Below, piece by piece: positions 39,601 through 47,383 of a DNA stretch of 64,000 nucleotides. The notes under the pieces are model-generated. The model saw only the letters and a list, made by a program, of their open reading frames with translations. It ran no database searches and was not told where the DNA came from. Both the position numbers and the translations under genes were made by a program. Location: IMG/VR virus record IMGVR_UViG_2915903177_000003, positions 6,315-70,314 of that record. The stretch is one strand, 5' to 3'. This DNA comes from a virus. Position 1 is the stretch's first letter. Every line of letters starts with the position of its first letter.

Positions 39601-42273
39601 ATGTTTGCCGGTGCGCAACTGTGCGGCAACTGCTGCATGTTCGCCGTGTTCCTGCGTGGGGGCGGAACGACCGGCGCGGTGTACCATATCTACTCCGACC
39701 AGCCTATCGAAAGCAGCACCATGAGCCCGTCGCCTATACCGGCGGCACCGCAGATTGCCTACAACAGCGACCTTATCTTCCGGAGCGGTTCCACCACGGC
39801 CAACGCTCCGGCACCCCGTACCCTCACGGCATCCGTTGAGGAGGAGATCCGCCGCCACCGCTTCATTGTCCTGGCGCAGAGTTCAGACAGCACGCTCGCG
39901 GCACACCCCCTGACCTACATCGGTTCGACGGGCATCTACACCGGCACGCTCACGGCGGCCCAGGTCAATGCCGTGAACATCGATGCCGGCAGCATCCGGA
40001 CCGGGACGCTCTCTGCCGACCGTATCGCTGCCGGCAGCATCAACTCCTCGAAACTCGATGCGGCGAGCATCAAGTCTAATATCATCAACACGGCCTACAT
40101 CAACGGTCTGAGTTGTACCTTCGTCCGGGGCAAGATCGGAGGGTTCAACATAGGAAGCGACAACATGACGGTGGGAAGCGTGGGGGCGGCAGGTGCCACG
40201 CCGCTCCAGATCCGTTCCGCATCTTCGGGCAGCGGCTACTGGTACACGGGAAACTACAAGCCGTTGGGCATCACTCTGACATGGCACCAGAACAGCAACG
40301 CGGGTCATATCGTGTTCGGCCAGATTGCCGCTTCCGGCAACAGTGTCAAAACGGGATTCATCGGTATCCAGATGATGTCGTGGGACCATCAGGAGTACTT
40401 CTGTCTTTCCGCCAACTACACGAAAAGCGGTGGCAAGGAAGTGTACAACCGTATCGCCGGGTGGGCCTTCGACCATAACCATATCTGGAAAAACAACATC
40501 GCACTGGGCAGTGACGGGTCCATCACCAACTCCTCCAAATGGAAACTCAACAACGACGGTTCCGGTCAGGTCGCCGGCGGCAACATCTCGTGGAACGCCG
40601 CCGGGACGGTCACTTTTGCCGCGTCAGTCAGCGCCCAGTGGACCACGGGTATCACGACGGCACAGGAACTCGCCTCGGCAATGGCCTTCGGCAGGATGCT
40701 TTACCGCGACCCGACCTTCTGGAACGGCAACAACGGTATCAGTATCTATAACAATTCCCAGAACGGTATGGTGACCGTTACACGTCAGCAGGATTCCACG
40801 GCTCCCAACGACAGCAAGCAGGTACTGAAGATACAGACCAACGGTGCGGCTTCTCCGAATAACGGCGGTTTTTATTTCGGTACCATGTGCAGCTGCCGCA
40901 AGGTACTCGTCGCCCGGGTCATCGCCAAGATACCCGTCGGGCGCAACCTGTGCTGGGCCACGAACAGTATCGGCACGGGAGGCTCGCACCGCTGGCTCAC
41001 GTCGAATGCCGGCACGGGAGACTGGAAGGAATATGTCTACAAGGTCGTCTGCGGTACGGCGAACTTCTCCAGCACCCATTTCTTCTACGTGGACGGCGTG
41101 CAGGGAACTTCCTCCGCACCCGTTGTCTGGTATGTGGCCTACGCCACCGTCTTCGACCTGACCTCCACGGAGAAATACACCACGACCATCGATGCCAACG
41201 GAATCTATACCGGCACGGTACGGGCCAACCAGGTCATCGTGGACAGCGCTCTCGTCGTGGGTGGGAGCAGCTATAACGGCAGCATCTCCGTCAGGGACGC
41301 GGGAAACAATGTCAAGGTGACGCTCGACAGGACGGGCATCAAGGCTGTCGGCGGCAATATCGGCGGTTGGATACTCGGGACAAGTGCCCTGACCGCTTCG
41401 GCTCCCGCATCGGGACACCGTATCGTCATGGGAGCCTCGGGCTATATCTACCACGATAACCCATCGACGGGAGTGGACTATTGGGCGCTGAATACCGACG
41501 GTTCGGCTAAATTCGGCAGCGGCAAGATTTTCTTCGCCAATGACGGTTCCGGCTATTTGGCCAATCAGAATATCAAATGGGATGCTTCGGGAAACGTCAC
41601 GATGACAGGAACCATCAATGCCAATGCCGGCACCATCGGGGGATTTGTCATCGGACAGGGACGTATCGGTTCCACGGCAACGGGTAGCGGAAGCGGCGGT
41701 GGTCTGGCGATCTACGATGACCTGTTCCGTGTCGGTAACACGACCTCCTACGTCCTGCTCGGGGCCAATACCTTTCCCGCATCCTCCGGGGGAACCTGTG
41801 CCACGGGACGTATTGTCAATAACAAATCGAACAGCTACCTGAACAATTACGGACTCTATATCGATGTCAAGAACGGTTACCGTAATTACGGGGTATGGTC
41901 AAGTGCCGCCATGGTCGCTCCGGCATGCATCGGCAACAAAATCAAGAACATCTACTTCACGGGCAGCGGTTACACCATTGATTTCTCGCAGTTTAACATT
42001 TTCTTTGTCTACGCGAACGGTACTTACAACGTCAACCTGCCCACGGCATCCTCCGTGGCATCGATGTTCGGGTATTCGTCCCTGCCGTCGGATTTCGCCT
42101 GCGTGTTCACGCTCGTCTACAACTACAACTGGGGCGGGCACGTCAATATCATGAACGTGCGCAACCACAATGGCGGCACCACAAACTACGGTATGGAAAG
42201 AGGCGATTCGCTGACGCTTCTCTGCGCCAACTATCCCGGTTTTCATTACCAGATACTGAATTATTCCAGCTGA
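36676..42273 (+). CDS. Long modular tail fibre / receptor-binding protein
   Basis: 1865 aa from ATG 36676. Repeated GIYTG...IGGW and GNISW..GxVTF modules alternate with CBM-like domains. Confidence 0.82.
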   Translation: MAKIPVARGQATIYIQKDGYTLTQSLNEYVFPADAAGKILSAVTLTSTVRVMCGDENFTAFTIGAISKPAGFSSISVNNNTKTITYVIAAGATTLADHGTVDIPVTVSGTVYHLSFVWSKARAGSPGPAGVDANLLDWVREWNTGKTLINNNTVITPKLFAGTKNSDGTISGVAIGSFAISTKNASGTIAAETVNGIYGFRNGIRTFFVDNGGNAQLGYGNQYIKYNAVTGKVEFGSGVSLNWTNAIAQAKTEAVNTAAATAQTKADAAKNAAIAAASTATDTKIREVEIGGDNLLPNGDFRNYTEKENIGWDNTLNGTHVPAYWGSGYNSGVASPSVGYHAHVNTTVFGFPVLELINRNSQFGLTRRWLGIATSVHDKARMMPGNKYTFSADLLVDTVGMTIHGGVYSTKKGKSSAAFNSGSYSLTPAATNRWQRVSYTFTLDAETDLSKPVSFYIYGYNGAEGTAWVKNVSLQAGTKGSWVRCQADVAGDVAEAKKAGTDARAVADAITKKADSEGWSTKLTYIDRSGIFTGTLSAGTVNAVCINASQITSGTIAAARIDTAALKAVLVTAGNIEALTLNVTKGKIGGWTVDADSLYRGTKNNTAGACTSATGSVTLGSNGIRGYKWRLDASGAGAVAGGNIAWDAAGNVTFASSVSAQWTAPIGSITTALGGSGYPKMTKITAAGIYTGSINASQITAGTISADRIASGSINASKLDAASIKSSIINTGYINGLSCTFTRGSVGGWTIGASALTATHISIDSGNKRVVVYGAGSGVASGQRVQIYYNSDSDFGLYATNSAGNCVARLGSSNSIAGWTIDTGSIRKGNVSLGSDGSITNSTRWKLNNDGSGQIAAGNISWDAAGKVTFGASVSLLWKNDIEAAKVTNFGYRYYKKIVINGDAATYYPVIFKGGDQNFKRDILVRRGYNEQAPDSWHNTTHKGGLVLLIKTNFGGWGGIGYSWDIYELSEMYCRMFAGAQLCGNCCMFAVFLRGGGTTGAVYHIYSDQPIESSTMSPSPIPAAPQIAYNSDLIFRSGSTTANAPAPRTLTASVEEEIRRHRFIVLAQSSDSTLAAHPLTYIGSTGIYTGTLTAAQVNAVNIDAGSIRTGTLSADRIAAGSINSSKLDAASIKSNIINTAYINGLSCTFVRGKIGGFNIGSDNMTVGSVGAAGATPLQIRSASSGSGYWYTGNYKPLGITLTWHQNSNAGHIVFGQIAASGNSVKTGFIGIQMMSWDHQEYFCLSANYTKSGGKEVYNRIAGWAFDHNHIWKNNIALGSDGSITNSSKWKLNNDGSGQVAGGNISWNAAGTVTFAASVSAQWTTGITTAQELASAMAFGRMLYRDPTFWNGNNGISIYNNSQNGMVTVTRQQDSTAPNDSKQVLKIQTNGAASPNNGGFYFGTMCSCRKVLVARVIAKIPVGRNLCWATNSIGTGGSHRWLTSNAGTGDWKEYVYKVVCGTANFSSTHFFYVDGVQGTSSAPVVWYVAYATVFDLTSTEKYTTTIDANGIYTGTVRANQVIVDSALVVGGSSYNGSISVRDAGNNVKVTLDRTGIKAVGGNIGGWILGTSALTASAPASGHRIVMGASGYIYHDNPSTGVDYWALNTDGSAKFGSGKIFFANDGSGYLANQNIKWDASGNVTMTGTINANAGTIGGFVIGQGRIGSTATGSGSGGGLAIYDDLFRVGNTTSYVLLGANTFPASSGGTCATGRIVNNKSNSYLNNYGLYIDVKNGYRNYGVWSSAAMVAPACIGNKIKNIYFTGSGYTIDFSQFNIFFVYANGTYNVNLPTASSVASMFGYSSLPSDFACVFTLVYNYNWGGHVNIMNVRNHNGGTTNYGMERGDSLTLLCANYPGFHYQILNYSS

Positions 42274-42337
42274 TTCCAAACCATGAGGCTCCTTTTTTAC
42301 CTATGCTTAATAAAACGACTGCAAAAAGCGAACGAAT

Positions 42338-42625
42338 ATGAACATCACCAATGTAACGGTAACCAAGATTGCCGAAGAGAGTACGGAGCATGCCGACTAC
42401 CAGCTGGAATACTCTATTGTCAATGACGTGTTGACCCGTGTCCACGCGTCCATCCGGAAGAAGGATACGGACGGTTCGGGGAACGCCCCGCAGATCGGAG
42501 TCATCTATATGGAGCAGGGTGTCGTCTCCTGCAACATTCCCGAGGATGAGCCCCTTGCGCCCCTTTTTCGGGACTTCGATGCGATGGTCGGGGAAATCAG
42601 GAAAAGTAACGAACAAACCGCATAA
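42338..42625 (+). CDS. Hypothetical phage protein
   Basis: 95-aa ORF after the fibre gene, preceded by a motif copy. Confidence 0.65.
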   Translation: MNITNVTVTKIAEESTEHADYQLEYSIVNDVLTRVHASIRKKDTDGSGNAPQIGVIYMEQGVVSCNIPEDEPLAPLFRDFDAMVGEIRKSNEQTA

Positions 42626-42630
42626 ACAGT

Positions 42631-42954
42631 ATGGAACTATCAGTCAAAGACCGCCTTTACCTGCCGACCTTCCTGCCGGCACGCGGCAACTTCAGGGATT
42701 TTAATCTCAAGAAAGAAATTCTGCGCAAGATCGCCATCGGCGATGAGGAACGGGAGGAAATCTGCCTGCGTGAGAATGCCGAGGACAAACGCATCGAGTG
42801 GGACGTGAAAAAGGAAAAAACGCTTGCCGTGGAGTTCTCCAAGGAAGAAGCGGAATATCTTCAGCAGGCCTGCGAGAAAATCTCCGACGAGGAACTCCCG
42901 GATGACATGTGGGCGACGGTCGCCCGAATTTATGATTCTGTACAAGGACAATAA
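42631..42954 (+). CDS. Hypothetical phage protein (possible fibre chaperone)
   Basis: 107-aa charged ORF. Confidence 0.65.
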   Translation: MELSVKDRLYLPTFLPARGNFRDFNLKKEILRKIAIGDEEREEICLRENAEDKRIEWDVKKEKTLAVEFSKEEAEYLQQACEKISDEELPDDMWATVARIYDSVQGQ

Positions 42955-42993
42955 GCCATCCTTTCTTTCTGCCGCCACTCTTTTTGAAAGAGG

Positions 42994-43027
42994 AAGAGGG
43001 TGTGTCGCTTGACGCATCCTCTTTTTA
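42994..43027 (+). terminator. Intrinsic terminator between convergent genes
   Basis: AAGAGGgTGtGTC-gctt-GACgCAtCCTCTT followed by a T run. Confidence 0.7.
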
Positions 43028-43038
43028 TAATAACAATT

Positions 43039-43887
43039 TTATTTTTCATTGTTATCATCATTGGCTGTAGGCTGATTTCCATATTCCAGTAAATCTATAT
43101 GTATAGGAGTTGATTTATAATTCCCATTTTCCATGCTCTTGATGAAATCATCTCGTGTAATTCCAAAAGCACTTGAGATATAATGAAAATGAGGTTGGCC
43201 ATTTTTATGGTTTTCCCTGCCATCAATACTATTGTATGTTATGAACAAACAATGCCAATCATCACCTCTGTCAAAAAAATGGGCAATAATGACTTTCCGC
43301 TCATTAATCATTTTCTTAACTTGTCCTTCTGTCAACTCTGTTTCTCCAACAGTCTTAATTACCCCTTCTTTTGAAATATCAGCGACTTTAGGCCTTTTCT
43401 TATCGTCCAAATCCTTAGGTAAATTTTCAAATCGATACCTGCTGTAAAGATAGTGATGGTCATTAAATGATTTGAAAATCAACGAAATCAATTGGTCGGG
43501 ATTGATGGATAATCCTTTCAATAAAGAAACTTGATCTTTCTTTCGGGTTGTTTCAAGCAACTTTAAAAAGTTTTCCGGGACTTCAATTTCTTCTTTGGTT
43601 TCCCAGAATTTTTCCTTTTCAATTTCTTCTTTTGCTAATTTTACATAAAAATCAGTTGTTAGTTTTCCCGCAAGAAAAGGATCTTTCATTTCCAATATAT
43701 CACGAAATGAAATAGCCCTCTTGTTTAATTCGTAGTTTTTATAATATTCAACCGGATTTACTTTTTCAACTTTATCATCCCAAAATATTCTATAAAAACC
43801 GTTTCCGTCTTCGTCCGCAATCTTCGTAGATTTAGAAATGTTTTCCAAATCATTGATAATCTTTTTTTCTTCCATTTCTTTAATCAA
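43039..43887 (-). CDS. AT-rich hypothetical cargo protein
   Basis: 282-aa ORF opposite to the backbone, with WHCLF and PHFHY motifs. Confidence 0.72.
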   Translation of the reverse strand: MIKEMEEKKIINDLENISKSTKIADEDGNGFYRIFWDDKVEKVNPVEYYKNYELNKRAISFRDILEMKDPFLAGKLTTDFYVKLAKEEIEKEKFWETKEEIEVPENFLKLLETTRKKDQVSLLKGLSINPDQLISLIFKSFNDHHYLYSRYRFENLPKDLDDKKRPKVADISKEGVIKTVGETELTEGQVKKMINERKVIIAHFFDRGDDWHCLFITYNSIDGRENHKNGQPHFHYISSAFGITRDDFIKSMENGNYKSTPIHIDLLEYGNQPTANDDNNEK

Positions 43888-44317
43888 ACAATATTTTTAT
43901 ACTTCAACCCGCTCCCTCAGGATGCAATTTATATGCTTCATCTTCCGTTGTTATTACTTTTATGGTCTGAATCGTTGATTTTCTGCACAGTCAGGCCATT
44001 TTTATAGAGTTAAAAACAAGGCCGGTCGACTTTTTTGAAACCTCTTATAAACCACTTATATAGTACATTATAGGCGTTTTTCGCCCGAATAAAGAAAAAA
44101 ATGTATAAAAGACCGGGGTTGAATGGATTATAAGTTAAAACGAGAGGTTGTGCCGGTGTTTCGGCATAACCTCTTTGCTCTTTCTATTTCTTTATACAAA
44201 GATAGTGCTTATTCCGAATATCCGCAAAAAATCGACATTTTGTTTGCCGTGAACCTTTTCTTCGACGGCTTAAACCATAACATACTTCCTCCGCTACTCT
44301 TTTCTAAAACAGATTTC

Positions 44318-45016
44318 ATGGCCAGACAGGACATCATCATGGACGCCGAGTACGGTGAAGTGGAAACTTTCGGCAATGTCGCCGGCAAGAGTTTCCACGC
44401 CTTCCGCCTGCTCGATGCCGTCGCGGGTGCGGACAACGACACGTACCGTTACGGGGAGATTGCCGTGCCCGAGGGGTTTGACGGGCTGAACGGTGGCAAC
44501 GGAGGCATCCATGTCCTGATTCCCTATACACCCGACATGCGCCGGTTAATGGTCCGCTTCGTCATCAAGAGCGGTTCGGGCGGTACGGCATATCTGAAGA
44601 ATCCCGTTACGGGTAAGTTCTGGTTTCCGGTCCTGTCGGAGACGGATGCCGATACGGCGGACATCGCCTTGGCCGCGCTCTTCGCCGTCAACGGGAACGG
44701 CATCTACCGACTGCTGCCGCGTGAAGGACATCTTGCCGTGTACAGCGGCGAAGAGACCGATTTCGGTATCGGTCCCGCCAAGGCCCAGAACGGGACGTTC
44801 CTGCTGAAAGCCTCCGCCGGAAACCTGTACCGGCATCCGACCACGGGTGTCGGCCTGATCGACTACCTGCATTCATCTTTGGAGAACAACGGTCTGGCCG
44901 CCAAGTTGCAGTCCGAGTTCGCTGCAGACAGGGTGATTATCAAGAACGCCTATATGGATTCCGCGACGGGGGAACTGCTGCTGGAAACCGTGGAAAAGGA
45001 GGACAGTGATGGGTAA
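44318..45016 (+). CDS. Baseplate-associated protein (gp25/W-like C-terminus possible)
   Basis: Start at ATG 44318. GNLYRHPTTGVGLIDYL motif. Confidence 0.6.
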   Translation: MARQDIIMDAEYGEVETFGNVAGKSFHAFRLLDAVAGADNDTYRYGEIAVPEGFDGLNGGNGGIHVLIPYTPDMRRLMVRFVIKSGSGGTAYLKNPVTGKFWFPVLSETDADTADIALAALFAVNGNGIYRLLPREGHLAVYSGEETDFGIGPAKAQNGTFLLKASAGNLYRHPTTGVGLIDYLHSSLENNGLAAKLQSEFAADRVIIKNAYMDSATGELLLETVEKEDSDG

Positions 45017-45941
45017 GTACAAGGTCATGGCCGGACAGAACCTCTACGATGTCGCCCTGCACCTGTACGGCAGCATCGAGGGTGTCGTGGACCTGCTGAT
45101 CAGCAATCCGGAACTTTCCTTTGCCACGACGCTGTGTGCCGGGCGGGAACTTGTCTACACGGACGGTTTCGCTATCTGTGCCGATGTGGTCGCCTATAAC
45201 GAACTGCACGGTATCGTACCCGCCAACGGGGAACGCCATGTCTATCCCAAGGTATTCACCCGGCCGCCCGCCGCCGTTCTCACGCTCGATGCGGGAATTA
45301 TCACCGTGCAGTGTGCTGTTTCCGGTACGGGCTTGTTGGAAATCGACTGGGGTGACAACAGCGATACGGAGAACGTCTTCCTGACGGACACCCCGCAAAT
45401 CCTTACCCATATCTTCGACAACAAGGTGCGGGAAAGACGAACGGTACGGTGGTTTACGGAAGCCTGTTTCAAGACCGTCGATTGGAGCGGGCTTAAACCG
45501 AAGTCGTTGGTGCTGTTACGCCCACTGCACGTGGAGGAGCTGACACTCACGGATGCCGTTCTTTCCCTGGAGGGCCTGCGACTGCTCTCCGGTACCTACC
45601 TTCTGAACCTGTCCGGTATCGTTACGGCAGATCTCACACCGCTTGCCGGAAGCCATGAACTGATGACGCTCGACCTCTCTGCCGCCCGGCTGAAGCCGAC
45701 GGTCATCGACCGTTACCTGACAACCCTCGTGGAACGTTACGGGAACCGGCGGAACTGCACGGTCATCCTGCCGATTGCCCCGACTGGGGATTACCGGGAA
45801 CCGGAACGGGATGCCGAGACAGGCCGTTACCACATTACTTCGGGCATGGAGGCCGTATGGGTCATCCTGCACGAACAAGCGTGGAACGAGGGCGGATCCT
45901 GGAAATTCATTATCGACAATATAACCTATACCGTGGAATGA
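45009..45941 (+). CDS. LysM/tail-X-like N-domain plus leucine-rich region protein
   Basis: YKVMAGQNLYDVALHLYGSIEG N-terminus and LxxLxL repeats. Confidence 0.62.
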   Translation: MGKYKVMAGQNLYDVALHLYGSIEGVVDLLISNPELSFATTLCAGRELVYTDGFAICADVVAYNELHGIVPANGERHVYPKVFTRPPAAVLTLDAGIITVQCAVSGTGLLEIDWGDNSDTENVFLTDTPQILTHIFDNKVRERRTVRWFTEACFKTVDWSGLKPKSLVLLRPLHVEELTLTDAVLSLEGLRLLSGTYLLNLSGIVTADLTPLAGSHELMTLDLSAARLKPTVIDRYLTTLVERYGNRRNCTVILPIAPTGDYREPERDAETGRYHITSGMEAVWVILHEQAWNEGGSWKFIIDNITYTVE

Positions 45942-46831
45942 GTCGAACGATTAAGGAAATATACAACGAGGCCGTGCAGGAACGTAACCGGCGGCTGGAG
46001 CTGACGGAATTTGCCAGCGACTCGAAGCTGTCCGTGATGAACGGCATCCTGTGGGTCGTGGCGGCGGTCATATACAGTTTCGAGACACTGCTGGATGTCT
46101 TTGCCGTGGATATTTCGGAGGTCATCAACAGCCGTATTAACGGCACGCCGAACTACTATGCCAACGCGCTGCTGCAATACCAGCAGGGAGACGAGCTGAT
46201 CGTCCGCGAGGACGGCCTTGCTTTCGGTTATGCCCAAGTCGACGAGACGAAGCGCATCATCACGCAGGTCTCCTATGTTGAAAGCACGGATGACAGCAAC
46301 CTTGACAGCAAGCTGATCCTGAAAGTCGCCACCGGCACGAAAGGACATCCGGAAGCCATCCCCGCTGAAGAACTGGCTCCTGTCAATGCCTATATCAACA
46401 AGCTGAAATTCGCGGGGACCCGCATCGAGGTCATCTCTACCAAAGGCGACGTGCTGGTACCCCGCCTGACGGTTTTTTATGACGGTGCCATTCCCGAAGC
46501 GGAGGTGTACGACAACATCGGGGCGCAGATCCGGGGGTACATCACGAGCATCGACTTCGACGCCGCGGTCTATGTTTCCCGCCTGACGGATGCCATACGG
46601 GAAGCGGAGCACGTCACCGATGTCTATATCGACGAGTCGGCAGTCCCCGGGCAGGGCGTGTTCATCGCCTGCCACGACACGGACGGCAAGATACAGCCCC
46701 TGCAACGTATCGGCCGTATGGCTTATACCGCCTCGGGCTACCTGAAAGAATCCTCACGCAAGGACGAGGAGTCGGAACTCCCGACCTTCCGGGAATCCAT
46801 AACACTTAAAATCGAGAGCCATGAGGTATAA
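45938..46831 (+). CDS. Baseplate wedge protein (J-like)
   Basis: Start at ATG 45938. MSRTIKEIY, YINKLKFAGT and LTDAIREAEHVTDV motifs. Confidence 0.65.
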   Translation: MSRTIKEIYNEAVQERNRRLELTEFASDSKLSVMNGILWVVAAVIYSFETLLDVFAVDISEVINSRINGTPNYYANALLQYQQGDELIVREDGLAFGYAQVDETKRIITQVSYVESTDDSNLDSKLILKVATGTKGHPEAIPAEELAPVNAYINKLKFAGTRIEVISTKGDVLVPRLTVFYDGAIPEAEVYDNIGAQIRGYITSIDFDAAVYVSRLTDAIREAEHVTDVYIDESAVPGQGVFIACHDTDGKIQPLQRIGRMAYTASGYLKESSRKDEESELPTFRESITLKIESHEV

Positions 46832-47381
46832 ACTTCCCGTTGACCGTCTGGTGAACCGGCTCGTACCGCATTACCTGCCGGGACGGCGGTTCATCCTCTT
46901 CGTGCAGAGCTGTCTTTACCCGTTGCAGGGCCTGAACGAACGCTTCCGGACCTTCGCCCGCGAGCGGCACATCGAAGCCCGCATGACCTCGCAGGTCATT
47001 TACTTCGAGTGGTACCTGAACTACAAGTTCGGGAAATACCTCAAAGACGGCAAGGACCGTATCTTCATCAAGGAAAGCGAGGCTGTCGGCGTGGACCTTT
47101 ACCACGAAAATGCCGAGTATAAACGCCCCTGCACGATCTGGTTCGGCGGTGAGGAGATAACGGCTTTGCGGGAAGACGAGAAGCCCCGGCCGTTCTACCG
47201 CCTTGCCGAGGAAAAGTTCCTGAACAAGGTCAGCTTCATGGTCTGTGTCCCGCCGATTACCATTCCTGCACGGGAGTTCGTCTACATGCTCTCGTACGTG
47301 GTGAACCGCTACAAAATAGCCGGCAGGACCTATCTGATCAAGATCGATGAAGAAGAGTATAACCCTAATCATAACGCATAA
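46821..47381 (+). CDS. Baseplate wedge protein (I-like)
   Basis: SQVIYFEWYLN, FMVCVP and YKIAGR motifs, follows the J-like gene. Confidence 0.6.
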   Translation: MRYKLPVDRLVNRLVPHYLPGRRFILFVQSCLYPLQGLNERFRTFARERHIEARMTSQVIYFEWYLNYKFGKYLKDGKDRIFIKESEAVGVDLYHENAEYKRPCTIWFGGEEITALREDEKPRPFYRLAEEKFLNKVSFMVCVPPITIPAREFVYMLSYVVNRYKIAGRTYLIKIDEEEYNPNHNA

Positions 47382-47383
47382 GC

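Noticed and set aside
38780..40130. Diversity-generating retroelement TR/VR pair in the fibre gene
   Set aside because: The repeats are in-frame coding duplications that differ mostly at synonymous sites rather than adenines, and no reverse transcriptase was recognised in the window.
16209..47381. Extracellular contractile injection system, tailocin or T6SS
   Set aside because: Portal, head protease/scaffold, capsid and a full replication module are present, so a phage explains the sheath, tube and baseplate better.
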